This document shows, piece after piece, positions 13,987 through 29,549 of a stretch of DNA of 64,000 nt. Source of the stretch: the human T2T-CHM13v2.0 reference genome, Homo sapiens. The first letter of the stretch is position 1, and every line of letters begins with the position of its first letter. The stretch lies in NCBI RefSeq assembly GCF_009914755.1, contig NC_060930.1; one strand, given 5' to 3'. Made by a program: the position numbers and the translations under genes. The notes under the pieces are model-generated. The model was not told the origin of the DNA. It worked only from the letters and a program-made list of their open reading frames with translations, and made no database searches.

Positions 13987-15385
13987 CAGCAGTTATCAAA
14001 CTTTTTCTTATGAGCATATTACATTCTTAAAAATTACTGAGTGTCCTGCAGAGCTTTTTTTTAAATGTGGGTTTTATCTATTCATATTTATTATATTAGG
14101 AATTAAAGAGAAAGGAGCTTTAAAATATTTATTAATTTAAACTAACAACAAGCCCTATTAAGGTGACAGAAATATTTTTATTGAAAATAATTATTTTCAA
14201 AAATAAAAAATGTTTAACAAGAGGGACACAGTTTTAGATTTTTTACATCTTTTTACTTTCTGTCTATTTAATAGTAGACATTTGTATTCTCCTTTCTGCT
14301 TCTCCATTCAATCTGTTGCAATCTATTGCTTTAGTTGAAGTATCTAAAGAACTTCAACCTCACAAAGATGTATATTTGAAAGTGTCAAAATTATTTTAGC
14401 ACTTTTTCGGTTAATTGCACATATTTTTCTTTACCAAAACTTGAGAAATGGTAATTTATTAAAGATTAGTTGCAGTGTATAATCTGAAACCATGTCAACA
14501 AACTTTCATTCTGTTACATTAAAATCCCTTGGTTTATCTTAGTCTTTTAATAGATATCTTACCCTTGCCTTATTTTGTGATATTAGTTGGAAAATATTGA
14601 GTCACTAATATACGTGATCTTACAAATGTGGAAAAATTTCATTATTCAATGTCAAAGAAACACCACATGCATTAGTAACTATCAATGTTATTAGATAGAA
14701 AAGCCTGTCAATATTGGGAAGCTGTCCAAATAATGCTGGCAAATGGAAGTTTTCCAAAATTCAAATTTTTAATTTAAAGCTTGAATCTTATCTTGAGCAG
14801 TGAGTACTGTCAGTTTACTTGAAGTGTCAGATTTATTCTACTCATTTTCAAAAACATATCTGCCAGATCCAAATCTGTATAACCATAATTTTTCTGTCGG
14901 TCACTTCTTAAAGTGAAAATCATGTACCATGAAAAATGTGGCTAGTTTAGCTGGCAACTCAAACAATCACATGAGTGGTTTTCAAGGAGATGACCAGCAT
15001 GGGTCAGAATGCAGTACAAGTGCCTCATGTGTTTTTCACATTTTATTACATGGATTTTTTTTAAGTACTCAAATTTCAAGATTCAATACAAGTAATAATT
15101 TTTACTGCTCCATGAAGGAAATTCTTACATTAAACTGGCCTTTCCTCCTGCAGCATGTGGTGGTAGAGAATATAACTGCCAGTAGCACAGTTGATGCCAC
15201 CGCCTTGATTTGTGCTGAGGCACCAGCTTTTTTGTCCACCATTGCTTTTGTATCACCAATACAAATGTGAACAAAGGGAAAAAGGCCAATAATGTTTTAG
15301 CATTGCCATGAAAATAATATTGAACTTGTGATTTCCCTAAAAGGGTCCTAGGGATGTTCAGCAGCCCATACCCAGAAATCTGCTG
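13987..15385. mobile_element. Charlie1a-like hAT DNA transposon, near full length
   Basis: Begins CAGCAGTTATCAAACTTTTT..ACATTCTTAAAAATTACTGAG and ends CCTAAAAGGGTCC...AATCTGCTG; about 1.4 kb. Confidence 0.75.
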
Positions 15386-16273
15386 GTTCAGATACTTTAT
15401 TTTATTAGAAGTTGCATTAGTGATACTGTAATTTACTTAGCTGGAATATGTGTATAAAGAAACCCCTCCTCCTGAATGATTTTGTTTCCTCAGGTACAGA
15501 TCACATAGAAAAAACATAAAAAGTGTTTGATACACTCCCTATATGTGCCAGTTTTCAGAATAAGGAAGTGGTTCTCTAACATTCTTTAAAGGTTACCAAT
15601 TAAGGTTTTATTACAATATTAGATGAGCTTATGAGTTTAAACATATGTGATGGGTTTCAACTCAATTCAATTGTCATCCTTATTGGTGATGCTCAAATTA
15701 TTCCATCTTTGCCTGATGAGAACTTATTCAGGTTGGCCACTGATTTTTTTTTGGCGTGATCTTAATCATCTTTGATAAATTCCTTGCTTTCTGATATGAA
15801 AAAAATTTCCAGGTCCATTTTGTTCATTTACTGCTGTTGCTGACAAACAGGATTTTAAACCTAGAATCAGGCATTTCTTCAAGGAGCCCTAGTTCCTTTT
15901 ACTGGGAAACAGTATTCGAGAATAAATTTGGATGCTAGAGATCTCATTACAATTGGGTCAACCATTGCTCTAAATCTTTTCATAGAGCTAAAAATTATGG
16001 GTTTTTTAAAAAGAGAAAAATACATTATGAGCTCATACTGATATTTCAAATTAAAATTTAGGATTATAGACTATTTATTTAAACTCATTGATCTTACAAC
16101 TGTATCTCCTTTCAATTATGCCAAAAATCTTGGATCTCTACAACACTAACAAGGATTCATTTTTTTATACTGTATTATACACATAACAATCTCAGTATAA
16201 TTCTCATACTCCTGCCAACACATTACTGAAAATAGTTTATGATTTATTGCTGTTCTTTTTTCCTCAGGGTAAC

Positions 16274-16648
16274 TGTATTAGTCCATTTTCACACTGTTAT
16301 GAAGATACTACCTGAGACTGGATAATTTACAAACAAAGGAGGTTTAATTGATTCACAGTTCTGCATGGCTCAGGAGGCCTCAGGAAACTTACAGTCATGG
16401 CAGAAGAGGAAGCAGGCACCTTCTTCACATGGCCACAGGAGAGCAAATGAGAGGGGGGAAGTGCTAGACACTTATCAAACAACCAAATCTTGTGAGAACT
16501 CACTCACTATCAGGAGAACAGCATGGGGGAAACCATCCCTATAATCCAATCACCTCCCACCACATCCCTCCCTCAACACCTGCGAATTACAATTTGGATT
16601 ACAATTCAAGATGAGATTTGGATGGGGACAAAGAGCCAATCCATATCA
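16274..16648 (-). mobile_element. MSTA-like solo LTR
   Basis: TGTATTAGTCCATTTTCACACTG...CCATATCA; exact TSD GTAAC (16269-73, 16649-53). Confidence 0.88.
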
Positions 16649-17037
16649 GTAACTCAATCAGGCATGTACAATCAAATTATTATTTTTAAAAGTCTCTTGG
16701 AATAGCTCCTCTCAGTTTGGTCACGCTACTCTAAGACAGAGGTTCATTTGTTTTATTTTACTTCTAATTTTGCGAGGTTGCTTTTTAAAATTTCACTTTG
16801 TTTTACGATTATGTAAAGCGTTTCCATGGCTCCACAGTCAAATCCACAAAATATATATTCAAAGAAGTCTAGGTCCTGTCCCCAACCCTCTACTCTATTC
16901 TGCCTACCCCTTTTTAGGTAATCATTTCTTAAGTGTTTTTTCTTCCATTGTTTTATTTTAATTATATAGTCCTACCTCCTCCTTAAATAAAGAGTAGCAT
17001 GATATATATACTTTTCTCCATCTTGCTTTTCCCCCCA

Positions 17038-17468
17038 AACCTTGAAGAATGCAGAGGCTATAAGTGCCAACCTTCACGCGGTCAAAAATCCAAGTAAAAC
17101 TTTTTAGTCTGCAGAAATGTAACTACTGTAACTACTAATAGCCTACTGTTGCCTGGAAGCCTTACTGACAACATAAATAGTAGATTAACACATATTTTAT
17201 AGGTTATATGTCTTATATACTATATTCTTACAATAGCAAGCTGGAGAAAAGAAACTTATTAAGAAAATCATAAGGAAGAGAAAATGTACTTACTATTTCT
17301 TAAATGGAAGTGAATTGTCATAAAGGTCTTAACCTTTGTCATCTTCATGTTGATTAGTCTGAAAAAAAGGGTTGGTCTTGCTGTTTCAGGGGTGGCAGAG
17401 GTGGAAAAAAGTCCTTGTATAAGCAGACTGGCGCAGTACAAACTGGTGTTGTTCAAGAGTCAACTGTA
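17038..17468. mobile_element. Tigger2a-like TcMar DNA transposon
   Basis: AATAGCCTACTGTTG..GGAAGCCTTACTGA..ACATAAA and the terminal GTGTTGTTCAAGAGTCAACTGTA. Confidence 0.75.
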
Positions 17469-17839
17469 GTGATATATCCTGGAAATCACTGCATTCTAGT
17501 GTATAGAAGTAGTCTTCAATTCTTTCAACAGTTGCCAAGTACTTTATTATGTTGATGTACCATGGTGTATTCCATCAGTCCTTTATTGATGGATATTTGG
17601 GTTGGTTCCAGTCTTTAGCTGTTACAGAGTGCTGTGATGAATAGTCTTGTGCATACTATTATCTTATTTTTAAAATTTTTGCTAGTGTATCTTTGGGATA
17701 GAGTCCCAAAAGTAGAATTGCTAAATCCAAGGGAAAATGCATATGAAATGTGCTGGATATTGACAAATCCCACTCCAAAGGCATTGTGCTGAGTATTCAG
17801 TTATTTTTTTCTCGTTTCTATACTTCCCATTTTATCCTC

Positions 17840-18276
17840 TGTTCTGTGAAAGGGCCGTATGTGCAAAATGACCTCCAAACATTAAAGGAGTCAAGCAAGC
17901 AAAGACCAAGGCAAATATAATAAATCCAGTTTATCAGTCTGGGGTGTTTTATTGGGGGAGCTTACAGATAGAAGCATGGTCTTGGGCAGCTGCAAGATAG
18001 GTAGATCTCTACAATGTTACTCCCCAGACCCAAGGCTTCTATACCATAGGGGAAGGGCATATGTACACCAGCAAGATAATTAAAGGCACTTTCCAGAACA
18101 GGCAAGAATGCTATGTGCATAAGAGCTATAATTTGTGCAATAACATCAAGGTTGGCTTGTTCTTTCACTAGGGACAGTACATAAAGTGGAAACCAGGAGG
18201 AATTCACGGGACTGGGATTAATCAGACGTTAGCATGGCAGATCAGCATCAAAGATGGAGTTACTTTTGTCTCCACA
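17840..18276 (-). mobile_element. ERV solo LTR, LTR47-like
   Basis: Minus strand starts TGTGGAGACAAAAGTAACTCCATCTT and ends CACAGAACA; flanks TCCTC/CCCTC. Family name from recall. Confidence 0.55.
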
Positions 18277-19105
18277 CCCTCCACTTTGAGAAGCTGGGGC
18301 CAGGACTCTACACATATTTCTGCTTTACTAGCTGGCTCCCTATCGAGTTTTTCCAAAAGCATGCAAAATGTAGACTGAACAGCAGGAAAAAGAATGACCA
18401 GGAGACTGGCTGCTTTCTGCTTTGTTTCCTCTTCCTGCCAGCATCACCCAAGCCACAGTTTTTCACCCAGTAGGGGTAGGTTACAGTTTCCAATTTTCTA
18501 CATTCCTAGAACCTTCTCAGTATCCACACCAGCCAGTCAGCAGCCCAGCTCAGAAGTCTGAGCCTCTGCTCTGTGGGGGCCCCCGGGGCTCCTGTATGTC
18601 CAGGTGGTTTCCCTTCCTTGGAGGTCTGGGCCCAGCCTCATGGGGTTCTTTCTCCTAACCAAGCAGAAAGCACTCCCTTTTCAGAATTCTGGGTCCCAGC
18701 TCAGAAGGGCTCCTCTTCCAAGTTTCTATATTCTAATAATCCCAACCTTCTTCCTTTGTTTCCCCAACCTTTAAGGATAATTAATAATCCATTGCTTTCG
18801 ATGGCAAAAACTTCAATGACTTTTGCACCAATATAACACTTCCTAAAGTTACCACATCTGGTATACTTCAGAGTTTACTTTATCTTTCAGACTCTTCAAT
18901 ACCTGATTAACAATTCTGTTTCTATTAAATTAAATCATATGAGTGCTATTTGGCTAACAGAGGGATTGTACCATTTTATCTTTATTTTTACCCATAATTT
19001 ATGAGAATGCTTGTTCTCTCAACCTTGCCTGCTAAACCTTATGATTTGTGCTAATCTAATAGGTAGGAATAGTCTTTCAGTGTAGTTTGAGTGTGCATTT
19101 TTCTT

Positions 19106-19365
19106 TTCTTCTTTTTATTTTTTGAGATAGGGTCTTGCTCTGTCACCCAGGCTGGAGTGCAGCGGAGTGATCATAGCTCACTGCAAGCTCAAATTCCTGG
19201 GCTCAAGCGATCTCCTGCCTCAGCCTCCCCAGTAGTTGGGACTACAGGCATGCACCACCATGCTTGCCATTTTTTTTTTCCAATATAAATGAGGTCTTGC
19301 TATGTTGCTCAGGTTGGTCTCGAACTCCTGGCCTCAGGTGATCCTCCCACCTTGGCCTCCTAAAC
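19106..19365 (-). mobile_element. 5'-truncated AluJ
   Basis: T-rich tail and AluJ-type body; TSD TGCATTTTTCTT at 19094-19105 and 19366-19377. Confidence 0.9.
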
Positions 19366-22300
19366 TGCATTTTTCTTACTTTGAGTCTACTTGAGAATCA
19401 TTTCAAATGAGGGTCTATTTGTTTGCTTGTCTATTTTTTCTGAGAACTCTCTGACCCATCTTTCCATAGCCCTGCTGGCCTTTTATTTTCTCTATTTTTA
19501 ATGCTTTTTCTGCATTAGCTATACCAATCTATGGTTACCATATAAATTCTAAATATTTTCCCACAAGGACAAGCTGTTGTCTATTTACTTTGCTAACAGA
19601 GGTTTTTGTTCCCATGCAAAGGTTTATCATATTTATATGATCAAAAGTATCAAGGTTTTTCCCCATTGCTTCAAGAAGTTGAATCAAAATTAGGAAAGTT
19701 CTCTCCACTCGGATTATAGAGGAATAAACCCATGTTACCTTTTAATTAAGTATATTGTTTCATCTTAATCTTTACATTTCTGAAACGTGGAATTTATCCT
19801 ATTGTAAAGCATAAAGAAAATGTCATCTATGTTACTTCTCTGGGCAGGTCCCTGAAGACCCTCTCTGCTTGCTTATGACCCCAGCAAGTCCTCTAAGGCC
19901 ACAGCATGCTGGCTGAGAGCATACTACCCCAAGCCACGGCCCTGGTCCAAGCTGTGGGCATCTGGGCTCACTAAGACAAGACAGTTGAACAGCTCCAAGA
20001 AAGGGTCTGAAATTTGGCTTTTGTGAAACTGTTAAGCACAAAAGTTTTGAGGGAATATTCAAAACATCTCCTACTTTCAGGTTGTCAGGATTATTTCTAG
20101 GAACTGAGCTTTTCTGATGTAGGCATCTGATGCCTCACCTACGTCTTGTATTTGCACATTTATAAATAGGGTCTAAGAGACGATGTATATATATATAGCC
20201 TCCAAGGTCAGAGATAGTTTCAAAACTGGGATGCACTCCACACTGCCTTGCTCCAAAGCTGCAAAAAGGCAAGATCTCAGGCGTTACTAAGAGCTCTAAT
20301 TATGCTGGGTTCTTATAATTTAAGAATTCAAGAGTTATAAAGTATAAATTCCAATAGCAAGTTTAAACCAGACAAGAAGCACTGAAAATTTTAAAACAAA
20401 TACATAAAATTACATTGCCTAAAGAGAGAAAACCAACCACCTCTCAGTCATCAGTAGCCATGCAGGTCTCAGGAAGCAGGCTCTATGGGATCGCTTGTCC
20501 TAACTCCAGAATGGGAAGAAACTGTCAGATGGGAAAAATGTTGTTTAGTCAATTTGCATTGGTCATAAATTGAGTGATTTCATTGTTGTGATTATATACA
20601 TGACTTGCACTTGTCTGAAATAGCATTGACCAATATAATTTCACTTGTATGGGGTTACATAACCTAACATTTAGGTGCTAAATTATAATAGCTTTGCTCA
20701 TTTAGAATGATAAAATAAAGGTACTCCTAAGAGCTGCCCATTGTTATCTAACAAAATACTGCACCTATCATTTTTACCTCAGAAGACACTAGATTAACCT
20801 TTTCCTCCTCTTCTGGAGTACATTTTAAAACGTAGAACTTTTGGGGATTACCAAAGATGAGAGAATAAAATTTTTGAAAAATGGTTCGTATTTGATTTTC
20901 TGTCACAAACACAGTCTGTAGCTTGGCTCTCTTTTTGTTAGTGACCTCTAAGTGAATGACTTCTTGAACATGCATTTCCTCCCCCTTTGTTCCTTCTTTA
21001 AAGAAAGAAAGGCCTGTTATAACAGCAACGAATAATCTAATGGGATCCTGCTGGCACTCCCCACTGCTCCTTGTCTTTCCTTCTTTCATATGTGTGTTGT
21101 CACACACAAGTCTAATGTATACAGCTCAGACATATTAAGAGACACCCCCACCCTGCCTGCCCCCAATTAAGTTGCCAACCCAGCACCTCACTCCCAGCCA
21201 CCGAAGAAGAGATTGCCTGTTACATCACTCAAGCCCATTATTCTCTTTTCTCCCTATGGCATCCACTCCTTCTAGATGCTTTTTAGCTCCTGGTTTAAGC
21301 AGAGGCAAGACATATTTTGCATTTTAAGATTAATATTATATATCTTTGACTTTTACAAGGCTAGACACCCTGGGGACTGACATTTAATAGATGTTAATGG
21401 AATTTAATTTTTACATGCACTAGGTGTGAGCATTTATCTTCTAAAATAGTCTGAAACCTTAGACGGCACCAAGAAAATTCCATAACAAATTATTTTTCAC
21501 TCTATATCCTTAAATCAAGTTACTGAGCAAAGTAGAAAAGCTGTTTTCTGATATTTAGAATTTAAAACCTGAATATAATTATCATTAATTAATTACATGG
21601 AAAGGATCAACAGGCATTTTGCCATAGTGATTACCATTGCAAAACAGTTCTAAAATGGTGCCTAAAAAGAAACTTTCTCCATAACCTATTTTCCCATTGA
21701 TTTTCATTAGGCAAGACATCCCCTCTGCAAAAGTAAGTGTGGCCCCAAACATATTAAATAATAATCAGCATGATCAATATTTTGAAAATTTTTATATAAC
21801 TCTAACAAAGCAATGATAAAAGTAACACAAAATTAGAGGTAGTTGACCATGTTTTCTGAGTAAATTGTGTGTTCTAACGCTGTGACTAGGAGCAGAGTAG
21901 CCACTTGCATTTTCAAAGTACATTTTTGTCTGGATTTCAAATACAGTTTAATTTTGAATTTTGGCTAATATGATCACAGAATTTGGAAAATATTACAGAT
22001 AGAAGAAAACACTGCTTTGTATCTTTGTAATCTTTACAATTCATGAACTAACATATTTGAAAAAGCTGTCAATTTATTCTCTACATATTTAAAATGCTGA
22101 AGTCCCTCCCATTCCAATTAATGAAGGAAAACCCTTCTTTTTTTGCTTCAGTGCCTGGCACTGAAGTGCCTACTTAATAAACATTTGATGAGTAAATGAA
22201 TGATTTTGACAGTAGCCAAGAGCTTGCAGCAAAAATGAGGTAATGCAGTACATTGCAAAGAGCAATGTGAGGAAGCGGATCTGGGTTCTTGTCCCAGTTC

Positions 22301-23136
22301 TGTCATGAACCAGCTGTGTAACTTTAGGTAAGGAACTTGACCTCTCTGGGCCTTGGCTTCCTCCATGCAAATCTGGATGCTGGGTATGACCTCCAATGAC
22401 CTCTAGTTCTAAAAGGCTACAGTTCTAAATCTTAAAATTAGCCATTCTTGCCAGTGTCACTTTGAACTTTAGCCATTAGTCTCCACAGAGATAGACACAT
22501 TTTAGCGTAGTAGCCTCTAGAATGAAATCTATTAAAAGGTTCAATATGCTAATGCAAGCAGTGGAAAGATACAAGCCTCAATGGTTCACCCAAAGAGGAC
22601 TCGAGTAAGTGTAGAAGTGTACAAGAGAAATAGAAGGGAAACCTGGGAAAAAAAAGTCTCTATAGCTCAGACTAGTGAAGTCTCCAGAAAGCAGGTTTCC
22701 TGAGAGGTCAAAAGTGAGTAGGTTTTATTTATGACTGATTAACAAGTGATGAATTTATAAAGGGCTTCCCTTCCAAAGAGAGCACCAGAATGCTTTATTT
22801 CCTAATTGGAGAGTGCTTTGCACATAAATAAAGGAGGATCGCTGCTGCCTGTCAGGGAAGCACTTTGATAGGGCAAGCATGTTCTCGTCTGTGTCCTGAT
22901 TGACTGTGTGACCTTGGGCAAGTCATTCGTCTTCCCCCAACCAGTATCCCTAATCGTAAAACGGAAATAAAAATACTCACTGCCTTCGCTGAGGATTTAT
23001 AAGACAAGATGAATATGTTTAAGCCCCCAGAGGGGAAAAGGCCACATATAAGAAGGCAAAGAACTACAGACTCGTGCTGTTGGACTTTTCATACAACTTG
23101 GGAAAGAAAACAACACAACAAAACTCTTGAGCTATA

Positions 23137-23595
<459 letters not shown>

Positions 23596-24059
23596 CTACA
23601 TGTTGCACAGCACAGCACAGGCTGGGGACTGTGATTCGAAGGTGAGTAGCTGGACGGCTGAAGGCTGATGTTAAATTTATCCCCCCAGAATTCGAACCCC
23701 TTGCTCCATCCGTAACAGTGAGATCGTTGGCAAATTAGTTTTGATGTCTCAATCTCTTCTTCTGTAAGATATGGGATAATATTACTATTTACCATATGTG
23801 TACAGATCTGTGAATAGATGCCTGGCATACAGTAATTTCCCAATAAATATTTGCTGATAATTTCTGTTTCTTAGCAGCATCATTCAAACTGCTGAAATAT
23901 TTTCTTTAAAAAAAAATCAAAGGTCCTTCTGAGATAGTATTGGGATATAAAGATAAACGTGACAAAAACATTTGTGCTTCAAAGGGGAACCAGTATAAAG
24001 CCATAAAGCCCACTTTCTTCTGCTGAATAGAATGAGTTTGGGGACAGGGACAACGCCTT

Positions 24060-24280
24060 AAAATGGGTCAACGCGCGGACGCGAGGGGGCACTGTGAGTC
24101 CGCTTTGGCGAGGGAGAGGCGGCGGCCCGCGCGGGGCGGGGAGGGCTGCGCCCTTCCAGCATCCCAGCGCCCAGGAGCTTCGCCACCTACCAGGGTCCGA
24201 GACCTTAACTCGGTTCCGGAAAGGGCGTCCCGGGTGACCCAAGTTTGGGGCCACAAGCAGCTCCACCGGCTCTCCGCGTT
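24060..24280. promoter_or_regulatory. Small upstream CpG-rich patch with a GC box
   Basis: Dense CpG (CGCGCGGACGCG, GGCGGCGGCCCGCGCGGGGCGGG) after an AT-rich flank. Confidence 0.55.
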
Positions 24281-25676
24281 GGTCTCTCCCCTCCCCCTAA
24301 GCAGACAGTCCTTTCTGCCAGCTGTCCTTAATTTGAGATTCGTGAGTCCCGGGGTTTGGGAAACCAGAACCCCCCTGCGACTGTAGGGAACGTTTTGGGT
24401 GCGCCTATGTCGGGTATTTTCCTGGGCAAAAGGACAGAAGCTGTCATCTGATTCTTTAAGGGGTTCGTGTCCCAAGAGGGGGTTAAGCTCTCTTGGTTTA
24501 GGATAAGAGGGCCCACCTAACCACCCACCCAAATGCCAAACACACAGCAGGTCGAGAAACGACTCTGAAATCACTCCTTGTCCACTTCCCAAGGTCGGGC
24601 GAGAGACTGGCACGCCCCACGGGCAATCTTCAGAAAAAAAGGTCAGATCTGGTCCTTAAACAGCTCAGGTGCGAAGCTGAATCGCCCTTCTGCGGAAAGA
24701 GAGGAGACAGTACCTGCCCCCGCCGTCCCTCACTTCCCTTAGTCCCAAGAAGAGGTCAGACACCGGGAAATGGGGCCCAGGCGCTTGGTCTGTTCCACCT
24801 GCCACTCGAGTCCCCAGTCCCAAGAGGCTGCTCAGACATTGGCATGATGGGGAAACTCGATTGATTTTGTTACCTCCTAGAGGGAAAATGCCGTGGGCGG
24901 AGATGTCTGAGCGTCCCTTCCAACACGAGCTGGGTGGTGCTCTATTGATTTTCACGCGATCCCCGGGCGGGAGCGAGAGGATAGGCTCGGATTCCCGGGC
25001 TCCAGGACCGAACGCCTGGCAGTGTCCCCGGGGGCAAAGCCACCCCGGGAGCCCGTGCAGTATACTAGGTGGGGGGCCCGGAGAGAAAGCATAGCGCCGA
25101 CGAGGGGGAGGGGCCGGGCAGAAAGGAGGGTGGGGTACCGGGTGGGACACACTGACCTAGGAGAAAGTACAACCCACCCCAAACTTTCGCAGACCCGGGA
25201 GCTTAGGAAGGGAGAGCCAGGAAGACAGCAGCCTCTCCTGCCGCCCAACGTGCCCAGCTGCAGCGAGGAGGGGCGGCGCGCAAGCCGGCTGGACCCGGGC
25301 GGTCCCCACGTTGCGCCCACCCTCCGGGCCAAAACGCCGCCGCTCGGGTCACTGAGTGGCCGCCCACGGAAGAAGTCAGATCGCCGGGCTCTGGGCTGCG
25401 TACGGGATCCGAGGAAGGGGGATTCAAACGCGGATCCGGAAGGAAGGGACACTGAACCCCGCAGCGTCCCCAGCGCCGTGGGGCGGCGGGACGTGTCCTT
25501 GGGCTGCCAGCGGGCGCGGAAGCTGGAGTCCGGCAGGGTCGGGAAGAAGTGAGCACAGACTTCCACGGGTAGAAGAGTCAGATTAAACAGAAATGTGAAA
25601 AGCAACCCAGGGCAGCCAACGGAGCCCAGCAGCGTAGAAGCCACCGGCTTCCCGCCGGGAGGACTACAGTGACTGA

Positions 25677-26834
<1,158 letters not shown>

Positions 26835-29249
26835 TAGCCCATTATTTCGTCCTTCCTGGTGTCTCCAGTGGTTGGTAAGACAAGCCCCCGCATCCAGATG
26901 TTATCTCTAAACTAACGACCAAAACTCCGCATCCTCTCTGGTGCTCGCCTGTCAGGAATCGGACTCGCGCTGCTTCACCTGGTAGCCAGGGGGAATTCCT
27001 AACGCCCTCTATAGTAGTTTTGGGTTTGAAGAGTACCAGAAAAAATGGTTAATACCTACATTGCTTTCTACCTTCCTTTTTCTCTTTCTTTTCCTTTTTT
27101 GAGTCTTGAGAAACTCCTAAGGGAAATCGGTGAACTCTTTAAAGAGTGGAAAGTCAGGCCCTGCCTTTCTCAATTCCATAAAAAATCCCAGCGCTGCTGC
27201 AAATTTGAGAAGCTTACCATTCACATGAGCATTTTAAGAGGAAAAGTGAAGGAAGCACGTGTCAGTCCACTTGAGATGATTTCCTAAACTTGTGTATACT
27301 GGAGGCAATAAGGTGCTAAGGACATCAGAGATAATCGGGCCACAGGATGTGCTTCAGAGGTCTGGGCTGTCACGAGTTTGGTTTATTATTAAGCCAGATA
27401 AGATGAAGTAGGTACAACTGTGACTTCCAGGAAGTGTGAGTGGACCTGCATTTGGGAGAGGAGGACCGAGCACAAGTGAACTAAAGGGGAATCCTCTGCA
27501 CCGGGGGCCTCAGGGAAGGAACCTGGAAGTTCCGAAATGTGGAGTGGGAGCTGGGTAATTAACAGAAAATGGTACTTCACACCAGAGCTCTGCTTCTAGC
27601 TGCGAGTCTGTTCCGTTTAGGTTTCTAGTTCAGGCGGCTGTCGGAGTAGAGGGTCCTGACTTGATAGAGAAGTAGACAGCACAGGTAACGCTCAGGATTG
27701 CAGAAGGTGCACAGGAATATGAGCACCTCAGCTTAAAAATCAAGACTTAGAAGAGCCCAGGGAGAAAATGATGGCAAACATACTCAGCTGGTGGGCCACA
27801 GAAACCCAACTCCCTAATAGGAAATGTGGATAATCTCAGTGTTGTGTGGGTATCTTGGGCCCTGGTAGTATTGCTGTAGAATCTTAAGTAAAGGCTGTAA
27901 TGCCTGGAGTTAAGGAAGTTAAAGGGAAAGCTTTGTTAAGAGTAGATAACAATACCTAAGGTAGATGGGAATAAGGGGTTTAATATTATCTACTACCTTG
28001 CACGTACCATAGGCAATTCAGATCACCTGCTTGACCATGTTAATTGGTTTTTTAAGGAGGATACAAAGAAGGCAGGTTGGGAGGACAGAGTGCTTCAAAT
28101 TAAACACGTGTTCCAGTTACCCACTCTGTGCCACTGATGTGTGCTCAAAGCAGGAAAGGAGAGAACACTTTTCCCAGGCAGTTGCCTGTATGTAGGAGTT
28201 CCATGTATGTCTGGTGTGGATAGAGAGATCTGGTCATCAGTATAAAGGCTTGGTCCTGGACACAGCAGGTCAAAGGAGATCAAAGCCAGTTAGATGTTTG
28301 TTATTAGCATCCCGGGAAGTAAGGTGGGCTTAGTCTGAGAGAATGTGAGTACCTGGGCACTTGATAAGGGCACAGTTCAAGTCCTGGCAAGAAAGGAATG
28401 CAGAGAGCAAAGTGTGTCACTAGAGCTTACTTATTCTTCAGGAAAAGTGCTGTGTAATGGGGCGGGGAGAGCAGGGACACCGTGGGCTGGAGGTGAGAAG
28501 CGTAAGCTTGAAGTGACACATTTTAGTTCTGATTCTTAAAAAGCAAAAGGCAGACCTACATATCAAACATAGAGGCTGGAAAGGATGTTAAGGGGATGAA
28601 ATGTCATCAGAAATGTCAGCACATAGGCTTTGAACTCTGGTCTCCTGCCTAGATCAGTGGGTGCTATGGTAGTGCATTTGCATAAGTGCAGTTTACATAA
28701 GAAAATGCCAAGTTGCACTGCAATACTATTTACTTTCCATGTAAATAATTACTTCAGTCAACTTTGCTTTAAAATAAATCCCATAGCAATAATGCTTGAT
28801 AACAAAGATATGCTCCTATTCACTTTCTATACATATTTAATTCTCCTCAAACTGATGGAAGAATAAAATAGAAACAGAAGTGTTTTCATTATCTCCCTCA
28901 TTGATCCTTGAGTTGGGGACCAAAAAAAAAAAAAACTGGCACTGACAAACTTTATTGTAACACACACTGAAATAGGAATTAAAATATAATTAATGTACAC
29001 ATATAATTAATATACATATATAGCAAACTGAGCATACAAATGTTTAGTACCAGATCACGTTGATCATTCTGGATTTGTTGCTTATATGTGCATTGCCTCT
29101 TAAGTTTTGGATTTTAAATTATTGAAGAATTTGTTTTCTGATGTAGCTAGTTTCTTCATGAGCAGTGCTAGAACTTTTTCTTTTCTTGTGTGATCCACAT
29201 TCTAATTTCTCCACTTTCCTTGGCTTTGTCATGATCAGAATATATAGTA

Positions 29250-29549
29250 TTTTTTGTTTGTTTGTTTGAGATGGAGTCTCATTCTGTTGCCCAGGCTGGA
29301 GTGCAGTGCCAGATCTCGGCTCACTGCAACTTCTGCCTCCTGGGTTCAAGCAATTCTCCTGCCTCAGCCTCCCAAGTAGTACCTGGGATTACAGGCACCT
29401 GCCACCACGCCCGGCTAAGTTTTGTAGTTTTAGTAGAGACGGGGTTTCACCATGTTGGCCAGGCTCATCTCGAACTCCTGGCCTCAGGTGATCCAGCCAC
29501 CTTGGCCTCCCAGAGTGCTGGGATTACAAGTGAGCCACCGCACCCCGCC
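29250..29549 (-). mobile_element. AluS element
   Basis: (TTTG)n tail; TSD AGAAT(A/G)T(A/G)TAGTATTTTT. Confidence 0.93.

Larger units (their letters stand above)
13240..17790 (-). mobile_element. Old L1M (L1MC/ME-like) fragments hosting younger insertions
   Basis: AT-rich L1 3'-type text such as TATTGATGGATATTTGGGTTGGTTCCAGT and TAGAATTGCTAAATCCAAGGG. Boundaries approximate. Confidence 0.5.

Noticed and set aside
14929-15270. 113-aa ORF within Charlie1a
   Set aside because: No recognisable transposase motifs; the element is an old, short derivative.
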